Below, one piece after another: positions 48,802 through 61,143 of a stretch of DNA of 64,000 nt. Below the pieces are notes generated by a model. That model was not told the DNA's origin. It made no database searches and worked only from the letters and a program-made list of their open reading frames with translations. The stretch comes from Zootoca vivipara (taxonomy: Eukaryota), in contig NC_083288.1 of NCBI RefSeq assembly GCF_963506605.1, positions 37,014,001 to 37,078,000 of the forward strand. The letters are read 5' to 3'. A program made the position numbers and the translations under genes. Within the stretch, counting starts at the first letter, position 1; the number at the start of each line of letters is the position of its first letter.

Positions 48802-50715
48802 AATACCACATTTATCATTGTATTAAAACAATTACCATCATTATTTTATTGTATGTCAATTTGATATATCTCATGTATTGTGGCATTAGTAAAGTTGGTA
48901 GAGCCATCTCTTTACAATATTTTAGAAGCAGTAAGTTCCCATTTTTATTCCCACCCAGCTTTTTTTATTTTTAATCACCTGCTTTTGGAGGCTGGGGCCC
49001 TACACCTCTTGCTGTGGAGCTGGTATGAAATACTACAGCCAAACACAGGCTTGCCACCTCTGTGAGAGCCAAAACTAAAAAGCGGCAATGTTCTCCATCT
49101 TCTTCTTTCATGGCCATTATAATTATTATTTAAACTTATATCCCATCCTTTCTCCCCCAAGGAGCCCAGGGCAGCAAACTATAACACTGACACAATTAAA
49201 GCATCTAAAAACAATTCCAGTGCAGATGCAAACTTTGAATAACATAAACTTAGCACAGGGTGCTTCATCTCAGCAACCCTCTAAGCAGGTTAGTCCTTAT
49301 GGATAAAGTGGGTTATAAATCTAGCCTGTTCTAAGCTGGGTCCAGACGCAGGTTACTAATACTTAGTTCCCACTGAAATCAATGGGACATAAATCATGCC
49401 TAACGTCCCACTGATTTCAATAGAAGTGCAATTAGAGTTGTGCCAACTAAGTTATACTTAATGCAGACCCACCGAAACTAACGGACCTAAGTTAGTTGCA
49501 TCTATTAACTTCAATGGATCCACTCTGGATATGATTAACAACGGCTACTACAACCCTCAGTCTGCATCCAACCTTTTCTTGTTGCCTGTGGGAAGCTATG
49601 AGCTCCAACATGAGCCTGGCTATGTGTGAGTTCTTGTATACGTAACTGTGCATTCAGTTGTCTGCTGAAATGCAAGGAGCAGTACAGGATTATGTTTCGT
49701 GCAACTTGGGTTGGTTTGTGGATTAAAGTAATTTTGTGTATGCTTTCCTTCATGAGGTTTGGTTGGCTGCGCATTCTTGTTTTCATTGGTAGAAATATGG
49801 GAGTGGGTAACCGTGGAACTGGAATTTATGAATCTGTATATTCTTCTGTGTGGGGATGCGTGTGGTTCTTTGCTTCGCTGCCTCTGTGTGTGTGTGTGTG
49901 TGTGGTTGCGGTTTTTTCCTCCTCAGGCAGAACTTTCACAGGCCATGAATGTATGTATAAAGGCGTAACGGGATCGGTTAGTGGATCTGTGCCTGTGTGT
50001 GTGGTACTTTGCTTCTGTCTTCGCGTATGCATAATTATGAATGTTTGCAGGTATGTACTTTTGGCTAGCATGGACGCACCCTGCACGCGCACATCTGCAT
50101 GGTATCAGAAGCGCCCAACTGCCACAGCATGTAGGTAAGCATGCAATTTTGCATCATTTTGTGTGTCTTTCATGGCTCTGTGGGTCCCTCACTCCCTTTG
50201 CCATGCCTGAAAAACTCTGAATTCCTTGGTGCGTAGTTGTGCATTTTCTACGAGGTATATGTGTAGTTCTTCCCTTCACTCTCTGTGTATGCAGATTTGT
50301 GGATGTGTACATGGAAATGGAAAGTCTGTGTATTTTCCCATATGAGGGACGTGGATATCACAACTCTGCGTAAGCACATTTCTATTATTCATCACAACAT
50401 TTCCTCCAAGGAGCTCAAGTTGGTGTACAATAGTTCTCTCCCTCTCCATTCTGTCCGCACAACAACCCTGTGAAGTAGGTTGGGTTAAGAGACAGTGACA
50501 CACCATACATTCAAAGCACCCACACACAAATCACGGGAAGGGCTGTTTACCCCTCACAGAGCTATGATTCCCGGCACCCATAATAAACTACAGTTCTCAG
50601 GGTTTTTTGGGTGAAGGGGAACTGTGTGTCCAAAGTAAGGTGTCTCCAAAGCCAATGACTGGTCCAAGCTTCATGGGTGACTGGAGATTTGCACCCTGGT
50701 CTCCCAGGTCCTAGC

Positions 50716-51035
50716 CAGGGGTCAGCAAACTTTTTCCGCAGGGGGCCGGTCCACTGTCCCTCAGAGCTTGTGGAGGGCCGGACTATATTTTGGAAAAAAA
50801 TATGAACGAATTCCTATGCCCCACAAATAACCCAGAGATGCATTTTAAATAAAAGGACACATTCTACTCATATAAAAACACCAGGCAGGTCCCACAAATA
50901 ACCCAGAGATGCATTTTAAATAAAAGGACACATTCTACTTATGTAAAAACACACTGATTCCCGGACCGTCTGCGGGCCGGATTGAGAAGGCGACTGGGCC
51001 ACATCCGGCCCCCGGGCCTTAGTTTGGGACCCCTG
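50716..51035. mobile_element. hAT MITE family A with an internal ~70-bp tandem duplication
   Basis: CAGGGGTCAGCAAAC...GTTTGGGACCCCTG. The block CCCACAAATAACCCAGAGATGCATTTTAAATAAAAGGACACATTCTACT occurs twice. Confidence 0.85.
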
Positions 51036-52287
51036 TCTTAGTCCAACCCTGTAGACACCACCCCATACTGGAAATCTATAGAAGCGGGTCCATGACTGTG
51101 TGTCGCTTCTGCTGCCTCCCCCAGCCCCATGAACCACCGTCTTAAGGAAGAACTGAGTCCACGCCTGTTTCATATTATATGCATTTCACTTATGCATACC
51201 CAACCGGCTAGCAGACGAGGAGTTCCTCTTGCGTAGGTGTGGGGGCTTGCAATGCCGAGTGTGCGATATTGGATCCATCTCCCCATGTACTCCATTAGGT
51301 ATATCCTTTTGCTTGTGTGCTTTTTGATTGTTATCTTATTTCATTTGGAGGCGGCTGCCAAAAAAAGCCGAGACGGGGGATCCGATGAATCTGGGATGGC
51401 TAAGGGAGCTGGAGGAGGAGGGAGAGGGGGCGTAGGGTAAAAATGGAGGGGGAACCCCTGAGCTGGGATGTATCAGGGGAGCGGTGAAGCCCCCCGTGGG
51501 TCTTCTGGGCTGCCTGACGTCCTCTGCGGTCAAGTTGCCCAAAAGGTCACTGTGGTCAGCGTCTGCCGGCTTTTATTGTTTGCATTTTCCTCAGACACTG
51601 CCACAGCAAAAGGCTAAGATGAGTCTCCGTCCCGGCGTCGTTTGCCCCCACCCTGGCTCTGACCCCCACCTTGGGGGAAATGGACTCACTATGAAAATAT
51701 CAAACCCGAGGAAAAGAAACAGCCCCTGAGCAAGAGACAGAGAGGGGAAAAAAAGACCACAAGGCTTTAAACAGGAGGTGGGGTGGATGGGAATATTCAT
51801 CATGCAGCCCCCCTTTCCTCCCAGACTCTCTCCCCCCTCCCCGCTTTAAAAATTTGCCGAAGGCTCTGCCAGATGAAGGGAACGCTTTCCGAAATCCATG
51901 GTTTCATTTATGGCTCTTACCTCCAGTGCCACATTATCCTACTGTAGAAATTTAGGTGCGGGTTCTTTCCCAGGGAGAAAGAAGGCCTATCATCGAAACA
52001 CATGCTCTATCTAAAACGTCCTCGGGAGCCAGTCTGCCACCATCCAAATCTCCGGGTCTTTAAAATGTTTTATTTCCCACCTTTTCCAGCAATACCGCTC
52101 CTCAAAGGGGACTCTCAATAACTAATTACTGTACAAAGCAAGACATAATAAAAACATAACAACAACAAAAATAGCCTAATAATAATAATAATAATAAAAT
52201 CGTGCAGTAGCACCTGGAATTATTATTTTTAAAAAAATATATTTATTTTGACTGTGTCAGACCAACACGGCTACCTACCTGAGCCTA

Positions 52288-52331
<44 letters not shown>
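52288..52331 (+). repeat. (AAT)n microsatellite
   Basis: About 14 units. Confidence 0.9.
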
Positions 52332-52332
<1 letters not shown>

Positions 52333-53408
52333 TGCAAATTAAATGCCATCAAATGTTTAGGCCAGAGGTTAGTTTACGGTACTTGTCCAAGCTGCAGGTT
52401 AGTTTACTTGTTTAAAAAAATATTTTTCTTCCAAAATTATAGGCGTTTAGAGGGACTGGATCAAGCCCCCAAATAGGAGGTCAGCCACCCCTAGCTTAGC
52501 TGAGCAGAAAAGCTTAAAATTGACACAATGTGGGTGTCAACACAGATGTGTCTGCAGAAGGTATATCAGAGTCTGGGGTCTACTATAGAAAAGGGCTTAT
52601 ATCCTAGTTGCCTGCACCTCAGTTTGCAAGGTGTGAGCCCCTGTAGCAAGTGGTTCTTCAAGATATCATCGGTCTCAAAGCATTCATGGCTTAAACCATA
52701 AGGACAAAACCTTTTCCAAGTTCCACCTAGAAACATATCTGGTTAGTAACCCGGCCAGTGTAGCTTTGAACCAACCCGTTGGTGATTGCAAACCGCTCTT
52801 CAGAAGCAGACCCATGTACAAGACACTGCAGTCGTCTGAATTCAACGGCCCTTGATATGTACATGTGAATACACTTTCACACGTTACAAAACCCCTATGT
52901 TGAAATCACTCCTCTGTAGGAAATATCCAGTACGTAGTAGAAAGGCACAGGGGCAAGAATTCAGAGCAGTGTGTGAAACAGAATTTTGGAAGAGGAATTG
53001 AGGCAGGCACCAGCTGCCTCAAGCAGGCCCAGAGCTCAAGCAGCCCAACTTCAGCCCATCAAAGCATGGGATGGGGTGGGAAACACAGTCCGCTTCTAGG
53101 CTGTCGCAATCTAGAAGGCATGATTCAATAATATACTGTGAAATTTAGGTTGAGCTACTAAAGCAGACTTGTTGCTTTTGCGCAGCTAACCTGCTTCCAA
53201 AGAAATCCCGGAAATTTTTGTGTCAAGAAAATGCCCTGGGAAGGGTGGGATGTTGACGCCAGATGATGCCCTGTAACCTCTGTGCAAGCAAATAATAATT
53301 CTTCAGAATTTATGTTTAAATTCGTGTGGTTATTAAAAAGACAGGGGGTGGGGAAGCAGTGATGTTGTATTATCTCCATGCAAATTTTGCGTGCGCTAAT
53401 CAGAATGA

Positions 53409-53847
53409 TTTCCCCAGTAGTGATGTATGGAAGTGAGAGCTGGACCATAAAGAAGGCTGATTGCCGAAGAATTGATGCTTTTGAATTATGGTGCTGGAGG
53501 AGACTCTTGAGAGTCCCATGGACTGCAAGAAGATCAAACCTATCCATTCTTAAGGAAATCAGCCCTGAGTGCTCACTGGAAGGACAGGTCGTGAAGCTGA
53601 GGCTCCAATACTTTGGCCACCTCATGAGAAGAGAAGACTCCCAGGAAAAGACCCTGATGTTGGGAAAGATGGAGGGCACTAGGAGAAGGGGACGACAGAG
53701 GATGAGATGGTTGGACAGTGTTCTCGAAGCTATGAACATGAGTTTGACCAAACTGCGGGAGGCAGTGCAAGACAGGAGTGCCTGGCGTGCTCTGGTCCAT
53801 GGGGTCACGAAGAGTCGGACATGACTAAACGACTAAACAACAACAAC
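53409..53847 (+). mobile_element. RTE/BovB LINE, 5'-truncated
   Basis: PVVMYGSESWTIKKADCRRIDAFELWCWRR..., (CAA)n tail, TSD AATCAGAATGA (53398-53408 and 53848-53858). Confidence 0.95.
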
Positions 53848-54421
53848 AATCAGAATGAGTGTTCAATAAACAGGCCCCGTGGAAGAGCTCAGTGTCTCTG
53901 TCACTTTGCACAGTGGCTGCTCTGAAGGGGTGTTTGTGAAGTAATTGCGGGAGACCCATTTGCTCCAGTTATTTTCTATAGGGAAATGGGCTTTTGCCCC
54001 TCCCCAGCCCTCCAATGGCTATCGGCCACTATGGCTGTGTTTTACCTCCACTGCTGGAGGCATTGTGCCTTTGAATACCAGTTTGGAACAGTTGCTGTTG
54101 CAGTCATGTCTAGCTTGCAGGCTTCCCACAGGCATCTGGTCAGCCCGCAACTTTGCGTACCACTTAGGGTCCTTCCAGACTGGTGTTTTACTGCAGGCGT
54201 ATTTTAAAACATGCTCTTGACAGAATAACAGTGCGCTAGTTGTGGATTTATTATGCTTCCCCGATGCTATCACATTATTCCTGTCCGGCGCAACAAAAAA
54301 TAAGAACATTTGTGGTTCAAAATTATTTTAGAGTACTTGAAAAAACCACTGAGGTTTTGAAGGCACAGGAAGGGAATGTTGGGGGGGGGGGACACAACTG
54401 ATTGTTTCTAAGACGAACATT

Positions 54422-54677
54422 CATAGGTTGGCTTAAACTAAGGCCTGGAGGCCGGATCTGGCCCAATCGCCTTCTAAATCCGGCCCATGGACAGTCCGGG
54501 AATCAGCGTGTTTTTACATGAGTAGAATGTGTGCTTTTACGTATTTAAAATGCATCTCTGGGTAATTTGTGGGGCATAGGAATTCGTTCATTTTTTTTTC
54601 AAAATATAGTCCGCCCCCCCCACTAGGTCTGAGGGACAGTGGACCGGCCCCCTGCTGAAAAAGTTTGCTGACCCCTT
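54422..54677. mobile_element. hAT MITE family A
   Basis: Family core and AAAAGTTTGCTGACCCCT terminus. Confidence 0.75.
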
Positions 54678-55059
54678 AGGGCAACTTCCTGTCCTTCCTT
54701 TCTCTCTATATACTATATTTGTACTAGTCCATTGTCACACTGGCAATGGACTGTGCATGTTCCAGGGTGAAGGAAGCATCAGAGACAGGCAGGTGGTGGG
54801 TAACCAAGGTGGGCTTGCAGTGATGGGAGCATTGGGCCGCACAGTCAAGCAGGGTGGAGAGAGTGAATAAGCTACGCTTGCAGCACAGAGCAGGTTGAGT
54901 GAGGGGGCTGGGTGCAGTAGTGCAGGTGACCTGCGGAGGTTTGGCAAGGAAATAGGGAGGGGCTTTGGCAAGAAGTATAGAGAAGTGGTCTTTGGTGAGG
55001 AATAAGGGGGAGGCAGTTTAGGGAAGCTTTTAATCTTTAAGAAATTAATGTATTCTAAT

Positions 55060-55144
55060 ATTTCTGTTGGAAGCCGCCCAGAGTGGCTGGGGAAACCCAG
55101 CCAGATGGGCGGGGTATAAATAAATTATTATTATTATTATTATT
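55060..55144 (+). mobile_element. L2 LINE extreme 3' end
   Basis: TTCTGTTGGAAGCCGCCCAGAGTGGCTGGGG...(ATT)n, the same end as the element at 62712-63098. Confidence 0.75.
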
Positions 55145-55699
55145 AGGGGGGAGGGTTGGACCCTCCAAACTGAGCAGTGGCATCAGCCCCTATGTTCTTT
55201 GTATATACTCTATAGCAACATTTTTATGCTACTTTAGTGTTCAAGGTGCTTCACATACATGATCTCAGTACCTTGTACGGAAGTCCTGTAAGGTGGGTCA
55301 GTATTATTATTCCCCTCACATGGCAGATGGAGGAGCTGAGCTTTCATAAGACCACCTGGTAAGTTTATGGTAGAGGTGAGACTTGAATGTCCTGTTTCAC
55401 AGCTGAGTAGTTGATCCCAAGTATAGTCCCTTTTATTGAAGTGTGTTCTTAGCCACTAGTCATCATTGTTGCCATAAATGTATTTGTACATCAAAAAGCT
55501 CATATTCGAAAATGTGGAAACAGTGAAAATGTGGTCAGTATGTTGTTATTATGCACACACATACACACCTAAATTGTGAAAGGGACTGTAACAATGTAAT
55601 GTAAATGCCAGAGAGAAACCACTAAACTTCTCTAGAAAAAATCACAATTGTTTTACCACATATTGGACATATAACAAACAGCACATCTATGCGCTAGGC

Positions 55700-55930
55700 C
55701 AGGGTCCCCAAACTGTGGCCCAATTGCCTTCTAAATCCGGCCCGTGGACGGTCCAGGAATCAGCATGTTTTTACATGAGTAGAATGTGTTCTTTTATTTA
55801 AAATGCATCTCTGGGTTATTTGTGGGGCATAGGAATTCATTCATTATTATTTTTTCAAAACATAGTCCAGCCCCACAAGGTCTGAGGGACAGTGGACTGG
55901 CCCCCTGCTGAAAAAGTTTGCTGACCCCTG
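55700..55930. mobile_element. hAT MITE family A
   Basis: CAGGGTCCCCAAACT...AGTTTGCTGACCCCTG with perfect 8-bp TSD CGCTAGGC. Confidence 0.9.
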
Positions 55931-57911
55931 CGCTAGGCCCTTGCATGAATGCTATGAACAGAAATGCACATGGCAGACTGGAGTAAGGGAGAAGGCTTGG
56001 GTGTGGGTGGGTGCATGCATGTGTAGATGAGGCAAACATTTCCCTGTAAGGGCGACACTTAGCGCAAGAATGATTCTATACTTGGTACAGCAGATACCCA
56101 ATGCTTAAGAACTTGCCATACACAAATTCATTGTGGCAGGAATGGAATTTTCTGTGCTACAAGATACCACACACCGAACACAAGAAAACAGCAATGGGTG
56201 CTACCCAACTGATAGATCCATTGCGCAAGGATTTCAGCTTGTACAACGAAACTTCCCCTCCCTCTTCTTTCCTTGCACCCCTCCACCCCCACCAACACCC
56301 TTCCCAAATGTGTTCTGGAGGGTTGGGGGGGGGGAACCCTGGACAGATTTAGGGGGAAGGCATGAGGGCTGCAAGGAAAGGACGGGGGTGAGTGGGTGGA
56401 GAACGTTCCTTTGTGCAGCCAAACTTACTTGCGCTAGCAGATGTATTCAGATGGGTGGATATACCTGCAACAGAAATGCTACTCTGAGGAAAGACATCTG
56501 GGTCCTGTGCAACAAACGCTACAGTTATTCCATGACACAAATAACTGTGTGGGACGGCACAGAAATATGCATGTTAGCACGCAACCATGCGTACTCCCAC
56601 CTACTTATCTCTAAGCTTGCATTGTATGGGTGTGTTTGTGTACATTTGTGTGTATTCATAGTGCATTTCCTGTGTGACATTTGTGTCCGTGTGTAGGTAT
56701 GAGCGTTTGTGAGTGGGCAGTTATATACAAACGCTGCGATGAGCATGTATTGTGAGTGGAGCATGTGTGTGTGTATATGTGTCTATGCATATTTTCCTAG
56801 ATCTCCTTTCCCCTTTCCAGCAACTGACTGTGCACACTCTCTCACCGTCCCGATGACACAAGAACCTGGATTACAGTGTGTGCTGCTGACGGCAGAGTTT
56901 GGTCCTATCTAAACATCCCCCTTGATGCTTCCTGCCACGTCAGAGCTACTGGGGTGGGGGGTGGGGAGAGAGAGAGAGCTGGCATGTCCAACCGCAGAGT
57001 TATGACTCTCCTGGGGGCTGGACAGGGGAGCTATAACCACAAGGAGCAGCAGTTCACAGACAACAGGCAGCCTAACCTTAGGCGATCTGATCGCTAGGTA
57101 GGTCAATGAAGGGTAGACAAATGTGAGCAGAAGGATGTGCAGAAAGGCAACACTTTTCAACATCTATTATACCACACATGGAGTATATTCTAGAAAATGC
57201 ATTTGAGAAGCGTTTTTAAGACCACACACACACACAGCACATTAAATGAAGTTCTGAGAGTCGTACATATCGGCACACTCAACTACAGACAGAAAACAGG
57301 TTTTAAAACAGACAATCTGCTTGGAGTTTTTTGTTGTTGTTATTTCAAAACAAAAGTTAATGACTGTTAATTAATTACAGTTAATTATTACATCGTTCAC
57401 CTTGCCCTTCCTACAAGGAGCTCACACGCATACCTTCATCCTCACGACAATCCTGCGAGGGAGGATCAGCTGATAGGCGAGGGACTGGTCCCACATTACA
57501 AATACATGGGAAATTTAACATGGACATCTACGGTCATATCCCACGATACATTTCAAACACAGAAGCATCAAATAACACATTTATAATATAGGTGGTTTTG
57601 TGTGTGTGTGCACACGCAATTGTAATGGGGAAGGCACAGGAGAACTTTCCACTGGATTGCGATGTAAAAAGAAATGCTGAAACTCTCACCGTGTTTGTGG
57701 TTATTTGATAAACCACACTGTAAAGCCTTTTTTTTTATACCTGAACTAGGTTTTGGTGGCTTATTAAAATGTAGGATAGAGGTGGATGCTGAGATACTTT
57801 ATCTGGTTAGGTAGTTTTTGATGTACTGACACCCACATGTGGGATTGCCGGGGGGGGTATTAAATAACTATAATGTACCCACTTTTTTTATTTAACTGGG
57901 TAAACTGAGTA

Positions 57912-58083
57912 CAGTGGTACCTCGGTTTAAGTACACAATTGGTTCCGGAAGTCTGTACTTAACCTGAAGCGAACTTTCCCATTGAAAGTAATGGAAAGTG
58001 GATTAATCCGTTCCAGACGGGTCCACGGAGTACTTAAACTGAAAGTACTCAAACCGAAGCGTACTTAAACCGAGGTATGACTG
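57912..58083. mobile_element. Tc1/mariner MITE
   Basis: TA-flanked, near-identical to 10022-10209. Confidence 0.88.
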
Positions 58084-58530
58084 TATTGTTATTATCCCCT
58101 CCCAATACCTATATTCAGTTTAAAAATACATATAAAATGGACAAGTGGAAAGGAGAGCCATAGGCGGAGGGACGTGTGTATTCCACAATCAGAAGGAAAC
58201 AAGAACAGCCCTACTGCTGGATCAGGCCAGTGGCCCACCTAGTCCACTGCTCTGTTCTCTCCATGTCCAACCAGATGGGAAGCCTGAAGGCAACAGCAAC
58301 ACTCTTCCCTTGAGATTCCTGGCAACTGAAAGCCTTATCCTCTGAGAATTTCTCTAATCTGGTCCCACGTAACGATGCAACCGCATTGCTGTTGTTTTTC
58401 TCCCCCAGGATGTTAACTACGGGCCCCGTCCACACTTGTTGTTTGCTCCAGTTCAGCAGCAAAGATCGAGTTTTCCTGGGGGGAAGCAACGGGGGAAGCG
58501 GAAATCTGGCTGAGCCCTAACTCACCAGAG

Positions 58531-58666
58531 CAGGCATTCCCAAACTTTGGCCCTCCAGATGTTTTGGACTACAATTCCCATCATCCCTGACCACTGGTCC
58601 TGTTAGCTAGGGATCATGGGAGTTGTAGGCCAAAACATCTGGAGGGCCGCAGTTTGGGGATGACTG
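58531..58666. mobile_element. hAT hairpin MITE
   Basis: CAGGCATTCCCAAACT...AGTTTGGGGATGACTG with perfect TSD CACCAGAG. Confidence 0.88.
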
Positions 58667-59104
58667 CACCAGAGAGAAAGACTTAGCCTAGCCATCTCCC
58701 TGAGCTAACATTTTATGTGGGTGGGTAGGTGGGAGGGGGTGAATTACAAACAAACAAAACACATGACCCTACCCTGTACCTGGAACCCCAAGTGTTCCGC
58801 TACATCATCCTGCCTCATGCTCATAATCTGCAGCCTTTGGTTGAGTGCATGGGCAGCTGAGTGCCAGGTTCCAGGACGGGGATAAGAGAGGCAGCCGGGC
58901 GAAAAGCCGCTGATGCAAAAGCAGGAATGTGCAGTATGTCAACAGCTCCGGGAATCCGGGCTGAGCGCACCCTCCAGGAAGGGCACACGCTGGGAAAGCG
59001 ACGGCAGGTGCTGTCCCGTAAGCGCCGTCTGGGAAGCAGGATGAGTCAGTAGAATTGTTCGCAAATACACTTCAAGCATGACCTCCACCTGAGCTCTCTT
59101 GGTA

Positions 59105-59462
59105 AAAAAAAAGGTAAAGGACCCCAGGATGGTTAGGTCCAGTCAAAGGCTTTTCAGGCCGAGGGAGCTGGCGTTTGTCCATAGGCAGCTCTTTCCCGGA
59201 ACATGTGGCCAACAAGGCTAAACCACTTCTGGCGCAATGGAACACCGTGAAGGAAACCAGAGCGCACGGAAATACCGTTTACCTTCCGGCCCCAGGGGTA
59301 CCTATTTATCTTCTTGCACCGCCGTGCTTTCGAACTGCTAGGTTGGCAGGAGCTGGGACAGAACAACGGGAGCTCATCCCGTCTCAGGGATTCGAACTGC
59401 CGACCTTCTGATCGGCAAGCCCAAGCGGCTCAGTTTTTTAGATCACAGTGCCACCCGTGTCT
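59105..59462 (-). mobile_element. Sauria SINE (diverged subfamily)
   Basis: AAAGGTAAAGGGACCCC tail, TSD TCTCTTGGTA. Confidence 0.88.
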
Positions 59463-60096
59463 TCTCTTGGTAGCCAAGTATTGTCACCCTCTAGAAACCC
59501 AGGAAATTGCCTTGTGTTGATTAAGGTTACCTGTCCACCTACCCCAGTATTGTCCGCTCTAGCTGACAGGGTGTGAGGCAGGGAAGGGTCCCCCCCCATC
59601 TTCTGCTACCTGATCCTTTCAAAACCTTCCAGCTGGGGAATGAACCTGGGACCTTCTGCAAGCAAAGTGGCTTCCCTATCTGGACCCTCCCCACCTGCAT
59701 CCTGCTGAGATACGTCAGTCCTAGCCTACAGATGCCTTCTGTATCCCAACTTGAATTTCGTCCTCCTCTCATCTCCACCAAGGCACCCAGTCTCCAATTT
59801 GCACCTCTCCAGCCACACATCCTGCCATGAATTCTGGGCTTTCCCCAGTCCTACCAACATCCTTCGATCTTGACTTCCAACACACAAAGTTCAACACATC
59901 AGGTTAAAGTCTGTGGATCCTCTTCATCTCTCTCCCTCTCCCACCCACCCCCCACTGCCCCCCAGCCCTTGCCTTGAACATGGTCCAAGTACAAACAACA
60001 GAGAAACTGTGTTCCTGGCTAGAGAGAATTCCTGGGTTGTGTGGAAAATCTGCTGAATCAGCAGCTGGGATTAAAGAAAATGTGCAGCAGACACAC

Positions 60097-60098
<2 letters not shown>

Positions 60099-60153
<55 letters not shown>
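60099..60153 (+). repeat. (CT)n microsatellite
   Basis: About 27 units. Confidence 0.95.
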
Positions 60154-60157
<4 letters not shown>

Positions 60158-60847
60158 CCCCGTTCGGTCTACCTATTTGTGCCAGGAGGCCTGCAGGATC
60201 CTCACAAATACCCTTATGCAAAAGTGCCAAGTGTCCCCTCCCACCTTTTCGTGATGCAGGCAAAGAAGAGGGTGCAGGGAGGGGGACTGCGGTGTGGTTT
60301 GGCTACGGAGTTGGGGATTTGCGTTGGTTTAGAGGGGAGGCTGCGGGGACAGAGAAGGACAGGGGAGGGAGAGCATCTTGTACTCCATGCAAGTAATAGG
60401 ACACACGTATACATTTGCAGCCACACATGTTAACGCATTCAAGCCCAAGCACACAATGCTCCCAGCAGATCTATGCACAAATGAACACCAGTCAGTGCAT
60501 CTATATGGGCTGAACGTTGAAGTTCTGTGAGGGTTTCAGAACAAGCAAATTCTGAATTGCGCCCTGTATTTGTAAACACAGGGGAACTGAGCTGTGTGTT
60601 TCACTATGTCCAGGGGCCAGGGTAACACCGGCCATCATTAAGGCAGTGTGACTGGTGCAGCTGCCCAGAGCACAGCTCTCTTGTGTGTCTACACACAATT
60701 GCCTGTGCGAAGCAGGGGAATAGAAGAAAATCTGTTTGTACATTGGACTGTCTGGCCCAGATCAGACATCGTACTAAAGTATTAAACCGTGGTTTAGCAT
60801 AACAAGAACAAGCCACAGCAAACCCTGGGCTTGTGCACTCCCATATA

Positions 60848-61143
60848 CAGTGGTGCCTTGACTTACGAATTTAATCCGTTCTGAAAGCACCTTCGTAGGT
60901 CGAAATATTCGTAAGTCGAAAAATGCCATTGGAAACGTGATTTCCCATAGGAATGCATTGGAAACGGAAAAATTAGTAAGTTGAAGCAACCCCATCTAAA
61001 AATTTGCAAGTCAAAAAAACCCTATCTAAAACCACTGCGGTTTCCATTAGGATGTTGAGAAATTTGTAAGTGTGCGGCCATTTGCCGCGTTCGTAAGCCG
61101 AAAAAGTCGGTTGTCGAGTCGTTCGTAAGTCGAGGTACCACTG
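60848..61143. mobile_element. Tigger-like Tc1/mariner MITE
   Basis: TA|CAGTGGTGCCTTGACTTACGAA...TTCGTAAGTCGAGGTACCACTG|TA, with internal CGTAAGTCGAA repeats. Confidence 0.88.

Noticed and set aside
48351-53824. ORFs of 148-216 aa at 48.4 kb and 53.2-53.8 kb as host genes
   Set aside because: Sense and antisense frames of truncated BovB/RTE LINEs.
49626-56696. 170-aa (49626..50138) and 187-aa (56133..56696) ORFs
   Set aside because: Degenerate TG/CA-rich low-complexity sequence that lacks stops by composition, with no domain similarity.
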